Below, piece by piece: positions 49,716 to 58,616 of a stretch of 64,000 nucleotides of DNA. A program made the position numbers and the translations under genes. The notes below the pieces were generated by a model. That model was not told the DNA's origin and ran no database searches. It saw only the letters and a list, made by a program, of their open reading frames with translations. Source of the stretch: an uncultured euryarchaeote (GTDB lineage Archaea > Thermoplasmatota > Poseidoniia > Poseidoniales > Poseidoniaceae); assembly GCA_937892945.1 (NCBI GenBank), contig CALBIL010000039.1, forward strand, positions 89,125-153,124. Reading direction: 5' to 3'. Numbering within the stretch: the stretch's first letter is position 1; each line of letters starts with the position of its first letter.

Positions 49716-50543
49716 TCACCGGTGAGGCGCTTGACATGTTGGGCAGTGGTCAAGTCTGCGACCGCCATACCTAAGTCGTACGATTAATGTTCCACATTTG
49801 AGACACGGTCGCTCATTACGACAGAACGCATAATGTCGCCATGACCGCCTCGCTTCGCCTCGTTGTTTCCCTGCTTTGGCCACATCCTCGGGAACGGTGA
49901 TTCCACCGGTTTGATACGCTTGTACTGTGACGCTTTTGATGGCATGAGCCCATTTCTTCAGCGTCGTCTCTGGCAGATCACACGGTCGGTCGTCAGGATG
50001 AACACCTGCTGAAAATAGAATTTCAGATCTCAAATAGTTCCCTAAGCCAGCGAAACTACGTTGTTCTAACATCAAGGTTGCACCTTTTTTACGGAAGCAT
50101 TTCTTTGATGAAAGTTGAGTATACAGGTCGCCTACTGTTACGTTCTCGTTCAGCACATCAGGTCCAAGTTTGGCCAAGAACGCATGCAGTGGTTCTTCCG
50201 CAGTAGGCAACAAATCAATATCGGTAGCGGACCATAAGCGAACCGCATGTTTTTGTGTACAGAGTTCGGCCCGCAGAGTTCGTTTCATTCGAGACACAGT
50301 GGATACCAAATTGACCGTCCAGCGACCGTAGAGTTGGTTATGGCTGTACATCGTCCACCCGTTTTCAAAGCGAATCAACATGGCCTTCGCCTGACTTGTC
50401 ACATCAACAACAATTTGATTTTGAATCAAGTGCTCACGGCCAATAAATGTCGTGTACGGAAGGTTGCAGTGTACAATCCTACGACCAATCAAAGCCTTAC
50501 CCAAACGATCTGCGGCACGCCGGATTTCGGGACCCTCTGGCAT
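49716..50543 (-). CDS. nei: Endonuclease VIII (Fpg/Nei DNA glycosylase)
   Basis: N-terminal MPEGPE, YSHNQLYGRW, H2TH GLGNYLRSEIL and a C4 zinc finger. Confidence 0.92.
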   Translation of the reverse strand: MPEGPEIRRAADRLGKALIGRRIVHCNLPYTTFIGREHLIQNQIVVDVTSQAKAMLIRFENGWTMYSHNQLYGRWTVNLVSTVSRMKRTLRAELCTQKHAVRLWSATDIDLLPTAEEPLHAFLAKLGPDVLNENVTVGDLYTQLSSKKCFRKKGATLMLEQRSFAGLGNYLRSEILFSAGVHPDDRPCDLPETTLKKWAHAIKSVTVQAYQTGGITVPEDVAKAGKQRGEARRSWRHYAFCRNERPCLKCGTLIVRLRYGGRRLDHCPTCQAPHR

Positions 50544-50625
50544 GATTCACATTTGAAGAATGTACCTATCAAGATGTGTTTAAACGAACCGATGAAGAAA
50601 AGAGCAATCACCTTCAGCGACCACC

Positions 50626-51420
50626 ATGGCGCAGGAGGTTCAGATGCTCGGAACGGGCAATGCCTTCCTCCCTTACGGGCGTTTCCATTCCTTTGCGATG
50701 ATTGATAGCAAACATGTAATCGATTGTCCTCCAACTGCCATGTCGAGCTTACGTCGGGCAGGTGTGCCTCTGTGTGAAATCGAAACGATTTTCATAACAC
50801 ATATTCATGGAGACCATGTTTTTGGATTCCCCTTCTTTTTACTTGAACGCCGGTATATTTCAGATCGAGAAATGCAAAAACCGCTGACTGTTGTCGCTGC
50901 GGAAGGCGTCAAAGAACATTTGTGGCATCTCTGTGAATTGGCGTATCCCGGAAGTCTTGAGGAAATATTTGCAACAGTCGAGTGGCGAACTGAATCAGAG
51001 GGTGCTCTCTCCTCTGGCTTGACTTGGAAACGATTCCGTGTTCTTCACGATGAATCTGTTGACCCATATGGCTATCATTTCAACGCAGGTCAATTTGGTA
51101 GTTTTGTCCACAGTGGAGATTCAGGACCTTGTGATACCTTACACGATGAAATCCTCTCTGCTGATATGGCTATTCTCGAGATGGGTTTGCCTGAATGGGT
51201 CGAATCTGACCATCATCACAAACCATCAGATATTCAATCACTCGCTCAACGAGCAGCACATATACCTCTTATCATCACCCACACTTTCATCGATCAACCG
51301 GGTTTTAATGCCAAACCAACGGTTACCGATACCTATCCAGTCCATCCAAAGAACGTGCATCATGCTGAGGACGGCCTTCGGTTAATTCACGATTCGCGAG
51401 GCTGGGTTCTCGAACGCTAA
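50626..51420 (+). CDS. MBL-fold metallo-hydrolase (RNase Z-like)
   Basis: LGTGNA, THIHGDH, HSGDSG, HH and ITH motifs. Confidence 0.85.
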   Translation: MAQEVQMLGTGNAFLPYGRFHSFAMIDSKHVIDCPPTAMSSLRRAGVPLCEIETIFITHIHGDHVFGFPFFLLERRYISDREMQKPLTVVAAEGVKEHLWHLCELAYPGSLEEIFATVEWRTESEGALSSGLTWKRFRVLHDESVDPYGYHFNAGQFGSFVHSGDSGPCDTLHDEILSADMAILEMGLPEWVESDHHHKPSDIQSLAQRAAHIPLIITHTFIDQPGFNAKPTVTDTYPVHPKNVHHAEDGLRLIHDSRGWVLER

Positions 51421-51424
51421 TATT

Positions 51425-51660
51425 CGATACTAATTCACTTGATGTAAATAGCCGGAATACGGCGAGAGTTTATGTTATTTTTACAAAAAACCGTATTTAA
51501 ATATAGACCCTTTATAATGTATTAAATATTTCTTCAAGTGAATCAAAACCTTGCCACCATCTGCTTCGAAAGGTCATGCTTATGAGGGGGACTCGGACTA
51601 ACGCACATTATCGCGCAATGCCGTCCCCAGCATCCGTTCGATATTGCAATTGAGAAAGAG
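51425..51660. other. Candidate replication origin (inverted ORB-like repeats flanking an AT-rich segment)
   Basis: ATTCACTTGA (51433-51442) and TCAAGTGAAT (51534-51543) form a perfect inverted pair around an A/T-rich stretch, directly upstream of cdc6. Confidence 0.55.
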
Positions 51661-51669
51661 GCAACCAAC

Positions 51670-52911
51670 ATGAACAGAAACATTTTCGACGATTTTCTTT
51701 CTCGTCAAACTCTGTTCATTAACAAGGAGATCCTTCGACATGACCACTTACCTCAACACCTTCCTCATAGGGATAAAGAAATTGAAGCAATCGCTTTCAA
51801 TTTGGTCGAAGCCTTGAACGGGCAAATACCATCGAATATGACATTGTACGGTGTGACTGGTGCTGGAAAAACTGCTGTGACAAAATATGTTTGTAATCAG
51901 CTTGAAGAGAAGGGTGCTGAAAAGAATCGAAGTGTCCGTTCCATTATGGTGAATTGCCGGCAGATCGATACCCAATACCGAGTCTTGAGTCATCTCGGTA
52001 ATTCGTTACGTGAAGAACATGAAATCGATGAGATTCCATTCACTGGCTGGCCAACTGACCGAGTTTTTGGAGAACTCGTCCGTCGTATGGACAAAAAAGG
52101 CGGAGTTTTTATTCTCGTTTTGGATGAAATCGACCATCTTGTTCGTAAAGCAGGCGATGACCTCCTCTACAATTTGACGAGTCTTAACGCTTCGCTCAAA
52201 TCGGCTCGAACCTGTGTAATTGGAATCTCAAATGACCTGAAGTTCACAGATTTCCTCGACCCCCGTGTCCGTTCAAGACTTGGGCAATTGGATGTCGTGT
52301 TCAATCCATATGATGCAGAACAATTGCAAGATATTCTGCGACAACGTTCTGAAGGTTCTTTGAAAAAGGAAGTTCTTGATGATGGCGTTATTGCCTTGTG
52401 TGCAGCTCTCGCTGCACAAGAACATGGTGACGCACGTTGTGCACTCGATTTACTACGGGTCTCAACAGAAAAAGCCGAGCAAAGTGGAGATACAACAGTT
52501 GGTCAACGTCATGTTCGAATGGCACAACATCAAATCGAGCGAGATCAAATGATTCCGGTCATCTCTTCTTTGCCAAGTCAGCAAAAGTTGGTTCTCGCTT
52601 CTGTTCTCCTGAATGAAAAGAATGGCCTTCGTAATATTCAAACTGGTGAAGTGTATGATGTCTACCAACAAGCATGCCGTTATATCGGGCATAATGCATT
52701 GACACAACGTAGAGTTTCTGGATTGATTTCTAATCTTGATATGCTTGGTTTGATCACGGCTCGAACAATCAGCAAAGGTCGATATGGCCGAACAAAACAG
52801 ATTAACTCCTGTATTCCACAAAACGTCGACCCTCAGGCAATTATGATTGAATCTGAATCCGAAATGGAAGAAGTATTCACTCGTCCTTACCGGCATCAAA
52901 CACGACTTTGA
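51670..52911 (+). CDS. cdc6: Orc1/Cdc6 replication initiator
   Basis: LPHRDKEI, Walker A GVTGAGKT, VLDEIDHL, DPRVRSRL, HGDARCALDLLR and a C-terminal wHTH with GRYGRT. Confidence 0.96.
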   Translation: MNRNIFDDFLSRQTLFINKEILRHDHLPQHLPHRDKEIEAIAFNLVEALNGQIPSNMTLYGVTGAGKTAVTKYVCNQLEEKGAEKNRSVRSIMVNCRQIDTQYRVLSHLGNSLREEHEIDEIPFTGWPTDRVFGELVRRMDKKGGVFILVLDEIDHLVRKAGDDLLYNLTSLNASLKSARTCVIGISNDLKFTDFLDPRVRSRLGQLDVVFNPYDAEQLQDILRQRSEGSLKKEVLDDGVIALCAALAAQEHGDARCALDLLRVSTEKAEQSGDTTVGQRHVRMAQHQIERDQMIPVISSLPSQQKLVLASVLLNEKNGLRNIQTGEVYDVYQQACRYIGHNALTQRRVSGLISNLDMLGLITARTISKGRYGRTKQINSCIPQNVDPQAIMIESESEMEEVFTRPYRHQTRL

Positions 52912-52983
52912 GCCGTGAGATTGGGAAAATCAGCAATCTTGAGGCTTCGGTGTTCTTATATCCAAAAGGCAGGTGGCGAGTTC

Positions 52984-53550
52984 ATGAGCACAGAAGAGAG
53001 CGACCCTACCAACAGCGTAGTTTCGATGCTAATGAACCCTTCACGAAGTATGGCAAACTGGTATGCCTGCCTTGGTATGCTCGGAATATTCCTTGCAATT
53101 CTCAATATCACAGGTAATATTCACCCGAACTACCACCTTTCTTGGGGCGGTTTGTTTACTTTCGAAGCCACCAATGCTGCCTTTGAACCAAAATCCAGTT
53201 CAATTCAATTTGTTCTTTCTGATGTCATTTTCATCGGCCTCTGTGCGGGAATTTCCGGTATTGGTTTCCGAACAATCAACAATGGTGAATTAGGACTTGC
53301 TGCTTGGTTCAAAGGAATGTTCGCCAATGATACATGGCCGGCACTGGTTGACCCAGACAATGGTGGTTGGAACAAACTCTTCGGAGCTTGGTCTCTTTTA
53401 CTTGGAATCGTGTTTTACTTTTTCTACGGAATTATGTATACCGGTTGGATCGACATTGGTGTCTATTCGATGAGTGTTTCTCTCATTGCCTTTGGACTTG
53501 CACTTCTGATGGCAGCGAATGCACCTGAAGGCAACGATAACTTGGATTGA
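52984..53550 (+). CDS. Hypothetical four-TM membrane protein
   Basis: Hydrophobic helices; AGGTGG SD-like sequence upstream of MSTEES. Confidence 0.7.
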   Translation: MSTEESDPTNSVVSMLMNPSRSMANWYACLGMLGIFLAILNITGNIHPNYHLSWGGLFTFEATNAAFEPKSSSIQFVLSDVIFIGLCAGISGIGFRTINNGELGLAAWFKGMFANDTWPALVDPDNGGWNKLFGAWSLLLGIVFYFFYGIMYTGWIDIGVYSMSVSLIAFGLALLMAANAPEGNDNLD

Positions 53551-53552
53551 AG

Positions 53553-54680
53553 TTACTTCTTGTTCTTTGCAAACAGTTTACGATGGCCGTTTGCCCCTCG
53601 TATTGCATCTGTGATTCCCAAAAACAATCCTTGCCATAATGCTATGCTCCATCGAAGAGTAAGGTTTCGAATTTTGTAAATTGTTAACAGTGACCACTTT
53701 CCTTGTTTGATGGCACCACGGTTTACAACGCCAAGCGGGCCTCGCCAAAGAACGAATTCATGAATCAACATCAACCCTAATGTTACCAATAGAAGCCGAG
53801 TCTGCCACCAAGACTTTGCGAGTTCCCAAGACCAATCTGGTTGCGTGAGAAATGAAAAGAGAAACGGAATTCCTGTTGCGAGAACCATGACCCAAAGGGG
53901 AAATACGGTAAGAACAAATGTGGAACTCCCGATAAAATCTAATTCAGGCCCCTGGCGTTTCCCTCGTGGGAATTGGCGCATAATTCGCATATGAGCCCGA
54001 GCATCACGTCGACGTTTTGCTAAGAAGCGTGATGATTCAGTTTCAGGGACATGATGTACGACTGCATCAGGTGCGTAAACGATTGTGCCACCATTTGCAA
54101 TAAGTCGTAGGCTCACCTCCATATCTTCAGCATGATACCAAGCCGGATTGAAACCACCAATCTCTAACAATTTCTCTCGTTCAAACATTGAGCAGGGACC
54201 ATTCGCGAGACTGGTTCGCCGTGGGCGTGAACGGTATTTGGTTGCGATTTCAACAGAACGTACACGACTTACGATATCACCCGCATGTTCAAAAACAGTA
54301 CGGCCAGTAATGGCAACAACCTTTTCTTGAAGATCTATTGGTCGAGTTTCAAGAACCATATTTGAAATCCAATCGGGTTCGGGCCGCACATCGATATCAG
54401 TGATGGCAACCCATTTCCCTTGTGCTTGCTCGACCGCTAACTGTCGACCTGCGGAGAGTCCCTTGGCACCTTGAGTTGATATTCGGATTGGGATGTCACT
54501 CTCCTTCTGATGCCATGCAAGTAATTTTTCTTTTGAACCATCACTTGAACCATCATCAATTCCAATGATTTCCAATGGCCGATAGGTCTGAGCGACAAGG
54601 GATTCGAGACATCCATCGATCCAATCTACCCCGTCCCGCACACATACTGTGACGCTAACGAGCGGGTTTTTCTCCGACAC
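53553..54680 (-). CDS. Glycosyltransferase family 2 with C-terminal TMs
   Basis: VSVTV, DDGSSDGS, TDID, GGF...AEDME and RRRDA motifs. GTG start shares a base with the upstream TAG. Confidence 0.88.
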   Translation of the reverse strand: MSEKNPLVSVTVCVRDGVDWIDGCLESLVAQTYRPLEIIGIDDGSSDGSKEKLLAWHQKESDIPIRISTQGAKGLSAGRQLAVEQAQGKWVAITDIDVRPEPDWISNMVLETRPIDLQEKVVAITGRTVFEHAGDIVSRVRSVEIATKYRSRPRRTSLANGPCSMFEREKLLEIGGFNPAWYHAEDMEVSLRLIANGGTIVYAPDAVVHHVPETESSRFLAKRRRDARAHMRIMRQFPRGKRQGPELDFIGSSTFVLTVFPLWVMVLATGIPFLFSFLTQPDWSWELAKSWWQTRLLLVTLGLMLIHEFVLWRGPLGVVNRGAIKQGKWSLLTIYKIRNLTLRWSIALWQGLFLGITDAIRGANGHRKLFAKNKK

Positions 54681-55699
54681 TAAACCACCTCGAAAAGTGA
54701 AAGAAGGAACCGACACCGTTGTTTGACTTCCAGTGTTGTGTATTGAACAACAACGCCAGTTTTCGGTTGTCCATACAAGACTAATGTTCCAATAGGAGCG
54801 AAACAATGAATGATGAGAGGTGCTAAATCTTCTTCACCTTCGACTTCCAATACGAGTGTTTCTTCAGCGAGTAATGCAGTAGAAATTGCTTGATTGAGAG
54901 ATGGAGTAAGGAAACCTGCTGGGTTTTCAGCATGAATCTGGTGGTGGAACCGATTGGGGTTTACTTTGAGACTTGGTTCCAATTCGGTACGTTTTGTTTG
55001 CCCATCAATGAGGGCAATATCTGGAGTGAGTCCCATATCAAGCATAGTTTTTGTAGTGACATCTCCAACTGTGATTATCGCTCCATGAGGCGATGGCAAT
55101 CCATCTAATGCTGCAGTCATTCCGATTTCAGGGTCATTTTCAGGCCCTTCGAATAAAATTCCCATGGGTGTCTTCAGTTCTTGGTCAAGAGCTGATGCCA
55201 TTTTCAATTTACTTTCACGTAATTTACGGGGCATCCAAGGATGCCCTTCTCTGTCCATATGGCCGTTTCGAATCGCAGAGGAACTGATGATTCCACCTTC
55301 AACTGCATCCAAGTGCATGACTTCAATGACATGTAAAGACGCGAGTCCATTCTTTATTCGTTCTTCATTGATGAATGCGCACATGCCAATCGTTTCTGGT
55401 GTTGCCACAATTGCATCTGCTGTAGAGTGGTGTCGAGCAGGGCCATAGTCATCATTGAGTTGATGCACTGAAATTTTACAGCCCTGAATCCGATTGGCCC
55501 AATTGTGCAATTCATCCATTCGGTCATCAAAGGATTGGACAAATGGAGATTTTTCTTCCGCCATCACATCTGATGTGATATGAATTTCTACGGCCTCCGC
55601 ATTTTTACTTGCAGCATTGAGTAGTAATCGATGGCCGGCATGAAGTCGGTCAAATGTGCCTCCAACAAGGCAACAGCGAAAACGCCGAGCAGAGGGCAT
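54680..55699 (-). CDS. coaD: Phosphopantetheine adenylyltransferase + GTP-dependent dephospho-CoA kinase (DUF359) fusion
   Basis: GGTFDRLHAGH and ISSSAIR (PPAT); LKTPMG, TVGDVT, DGQTKR, NPAG, VEGEEDL and YGQP (DUF359). Confidence 0.9.
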   Translation of the reverse strand: MPSARRFRCCLVGGTFDRLHAGHRLLLNAASKNAEAVEIHITSDVMAEEKSPFVQSFDDRMDELHNWANRIQGCKISVHQLNDDYGPARHHSTADAIVATPETIGMCAFINEERIKNGLASLHVIEVMHLDAVEGGIISSSAIRNGHMDREGHPWMPRKLRESKLKMASALDQELKTPMGILFEGPENDPEIGMTAALDGLPSPHGAIITVGDVTTKTMLDMGLTPDIALIDGQTKRTELEPSLKVNPNRFHHQIHAENPAGFLTPSLNQAISTALLAEETLVLEVEGEEDLAPLIIHCFAPIGTLVLYGQPKTGVVVQYTTLEVKQRCRFLLSLFEVV

Positions 55700-55789
55700 A
55701 AGTCGTGGTGAATTGAACCGCTCTTTGATTGCATCGCTTGTTTGGTGCCCAAGCAGTGCGATTTGGAATGCAAGAGAATTGAACGAGGA

Positions 55790-56054
55790 GCTGTACCCCG
55801 ACGCGTAACGGCCCTTTTCATAGCGAAGCTCGAGGGCCTGACCCAGCGTCAGGGTTTATGCTGTCCAGTTGGTTGGTTGTCTCGTGTTCATCCTGTCGTC
55901 GCACGAGGACCCATTACCTACCGGTTGGTTTACCGCCTTGCACCGAAAGTCATTCCCCGAGGGGTCACTTCAGTCTTCGATAGCGGACCGTACCATTGGT
56001 ATCGGACTTCACAGCAATTTTCACAGTAGCTCTGCCAGATGTTGCGGGTACGGC
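55790..56054. ncRNA. Unassigned structured RNA candidate (~265 nt)
   Basis: Intergenic and GC-richer than its surroundings; terminal helix 55790-55809/56041-56054 enclosing at least five hairpins. Confidence 0.55.
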
Positions 56055-56093
56055 AATCGAATCCTGCGGCCTACCCCTTTTCAAGTCATCGAA

Positions 56094-58616
56094 TTATTCT
56101 AATTTCGATGCAAAGGAACGGGCATAGAGCAATGCACCAATCTCAGGCTCACCTTGGCTGAGTACTTCCAAGCCCATAGGGGGCCAAGAATCCACTGATC
56201 GTGCCAACCAACCTACAAGAGGGTGCGTGCGGCCATAATGGACAGGTTCTTGACGTTCTGAAGTAGCGAGCATATCGTAGACATCTAGCAATGCCGGTTT
56301 TCCTTTTTTGTCTTCGAGAAGCAGAATATGGAGCACCTCATCTAGGCCAACCCGCCCTGCTGGATATGGGATTGGCCACGCAGGCAACCCTCCCCGCTCA
56401 CCCGCAGGTCGTGTTAACAGCGCAGGCCATGGCAACGGAGTTGCTGACAACCATCGGCGGCCTGATGATGATGTGAGTTGAACCTGTAACCAGTCTCCCG
56501 CCCATGCTCTCCACCAATCAGATGGGAGTTTGGTCATAACCTTTCGAAGAAATTCTGGTGTTATGGGCTCATTTGATTCCATGTTCTCCAGCAACGTACT
56601 CCAAAGAGAAAGTATGGAATCATGCGGATGTACCTTTGCTGCAGCTTTGCATTGTATCAAACACTCCTCAACATGATTCGACAGCGGTAGGCCGATTGGA
56701 AATAAGGATTCCAAAACTTGCTTTGGTTGGCGAGGGGCATCAACCCATAGGCTGCAGGCCTGTTCAAGGAGTGGATGAAATTCTTCAGGCAGTTGCCCCG
56801 AAGCGAGTAGAACAGCAGTCGCCATCCAAGGGCCAAGTACCTCATCTTGAAAGAAAGATTCGTATCTGAGTATAGACTCGACATTATTGGTAAACCGTTG
56901 ACGCGTTTTTTCCAATGCATGAAGGCTCCATTCTTCGGAACCTTTCGGCATTGCGCTGATGAGGGTAGCAGTTTCACAGAGTTCGATTGGTAGCAGATCG
57001 GCCCATCCATTCGGAAGAATGGTACGCAATCGTATCCAACGTGAAGTTCGGTGTTCAAGGGGTGTAGCAATCCAAGCGGCTAACGGATAGGTGCTTTCAT
57101 TGAGGTTTGCCCAGTTCTCATCTCCTTCCGGATAGTTTGAGAGCGCATGCCAAATCGCTTTTTGGCGGTTCGTATCCGGTTCAGTTCCAGTGAATCGTTC
57201 TTTTCTCATGCCTTCATTGTGGTCCCAAGCTTGAACCAGTTCATTGGCTGAAGAAGGCACTTCTTCATGCATATTCTGTTGAGACGGCCCTGCTGTAGAT
57301 TGAAGTAATGAAAGTGGTAATATCTTGCCACGGCCGAGATTTATGGCTGCCTTCATCAATGTCTTTTGAGTTCGGATAACGGAGGTAGCTGAAATGAGAG
57401 GTGAATAATCTCCATGGGATGTGATGAGCAGCCGGCAGCGGCCAGACGACAGTATCCTCTCGAGAATACGGCGGTTCTCTTCAAGCGAATATGGCCATTC
57501 AACAGCGCACTCTTGCGTCGAGTTTTGGAAATACCATTCAACCAATGCCAAAGCCCCAGCATTTGATATGCCTGAGAAATTGATATTTGTGATTGTACCC
57601 CCTTCTCGCCATTCTACAATCCCAAAATCTCCGAGCAATTGTCTTTGGAGGGCAATCGATGGAGAACTTCCATCTGGCTGGAGCAAGTAGGTTCGTAATT
57701 CTTTATTTTTCCGAGTCAGTTTTTCTTCACTCAGGCGTGGATGCCTGGCTCTTAACCAGTAGTAAAGGGCCTCATGGGGTAAATACCGGGTGATTCGTTG
57801 TTGAGGCCGTTCTTCAAACACAAGGGCGTTTTTCCGTACTGCATTGAGTACCATGGCTCTGTTTACTGGTAGGCGAAGGTGCGCATGAATGCCATGCTTG
57901 GGGGATACTGCGATTTCAGTACCTGTTGCTGTACCAATTACATATTCTCCCTGCACCAATGTATTTGGCAAAGCCGGTGGAGTTTCAGGTTCTCTATACC
58001 ATGTGCCCGGACTGAGTAACCATTCTCGGCTGGTGTCGAGTAGAGTTGCGTGGAGTATTCCGATGCGGTCGATTTCTTCAGTCCACTCCTCGAGAGTGCC
58101 TGGTGAGTTTTGTGTACGTGGTGCATCAGTCACTTGCAAATCCGTCAGTGTATACCACCTGATGGGCTCATTGCGTTGAACCGCCCAACGCCCCCCTTGG
58201 CTTCCAGTGGAGACAGAAGGGGTCTCTACTTGACTCGATAATCCCTGATTTGGCAATGAAAGCAATCGCGAGCGAGGAGTTTTCACATAACCAAGTAAGA
58301 GGTGAGGTCCATCTTGGCCGAGAACAATTGCTTCTGCTTGCGCAGGGATTTGAGTAAGGAGGGTGCGTGTACGCGCCAACGCATCATTTGCTAAACGTGC
58401 CCGACCTGCTTCATTGAGGCGGTGGATTGCGCCGCGAATGCTTCCTTGTTCATCTCGGCTGACTTCTTGCCGTTCACGTAGTTGGCGCAGGGCTAAGGAG
58501 GCGTGGGGCATTCGTAATTGGAGTGACTCTGCGATCTCAGTAACCGTGCCTCCTCCGTCCATAAGCCAGTTTAGGACTCGGCGTTGATGGCCACTTCGAA
58601 TCCGTTCTCCTGACAT
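56094..58616 (-). CDS. Large protein with N-terminal winged-helix (MarR/ArsR-like) DNA-binding domain
   Basis: RVLNWL..GGTVTEIAESLQLRMPHASLALRQLRE...L...GR HTH; the remaining ~750 aa are Trp/Pro-rich and unassigned. Confidence 0.7.
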   Translation of the reverse strand: MSGERIRSGHQRRVLNWLMDGGGTVTEIAESLQLRMPHASLALRQLRERQEVSRDEQGSIRGAIHRLNEAGRARLANDALARTRTLLTQIPAQAEAIVLGQDGPHLLLGYVKTPRSRLLSLPNQGLSSQVETPSVSTGSQGGRWAVQRNEPIRWYTLTDLQVTDAPRTQNSPGTLEEWTEEIDRIGILHATLLDTSREWLLSPGTWYREPETPPALPNTLVQGEYVIGTATGTEIAVSPKHGIHAHLRLPVNRAMVLNAVRKNALVFEERPQQRITRYLPHEALYYWLRARHPRLSEEKLTRKNKELRTYLLQPDGSSPSIALQRQLLGDFGIVEWREGGTITNINFSGISNAGALALVEWYFQNSTQECAVEWPYSLEENRRILERILSSGRCRLLITSHGDYSPLISATSVIRTQKTLMKAAINLGRGKILPLSLLQSTAGPSQQNMHEEVPSSANELVQAWDHNEGMRKERFTGTEPDTNRQKAIWHALSNYPEGDENWANLNESTYPLAAWIATPLEHRTSRWIRLRTILPNGWADLLPIELCETATLISAMPKGSEEWSLHALEKTRQRFTNNVESILRYESFFQDEVLGPWMATAVLLASGQLPEEFHPLLEQACSLWVDAPRQPKQVLESLFPIGLPLSNHVEECLIQCKAAAKVHPHDSILSLWSTLLENMESNEPITPEFLRKVMTKLPSDWWRAWAGDWLQVQLTSSSGRRWLSATPLPWPALLTRPAGERGGLPAWPIPYPAGRVGLDEVLHILLLEDKKGKPALLDVYDMLATSERQEPVHYGRTHPLVGWLARSVDSWPPMGLEVLSQGEPEIGALLYARSFASKLE

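Noticed and set aside
55790-56054. Assignment as RNase P RNA, SRP RNA or group I intron
   Set aside because: Universal signature motifs were not found on either strand by eye, so the element is left unassigned.
55741-56077. tmRNA-like appearance on the minus strand (5' GGGGTAGGCCGCAGGATTCGA, downstream CAGCTCC and a later ACCA)
   Set aside because: There is no T-arm preceding the putative acceptor strand, the acceptor pairing has a mismatch, and CCA is not adjacent. Archaea are not known to have tmRNA.
55742-56102. Short ORFs 55742-56029 and 55869-56102
   Set aside because: TTG starts, no SD and atypical composition; better explained by RNA structure.
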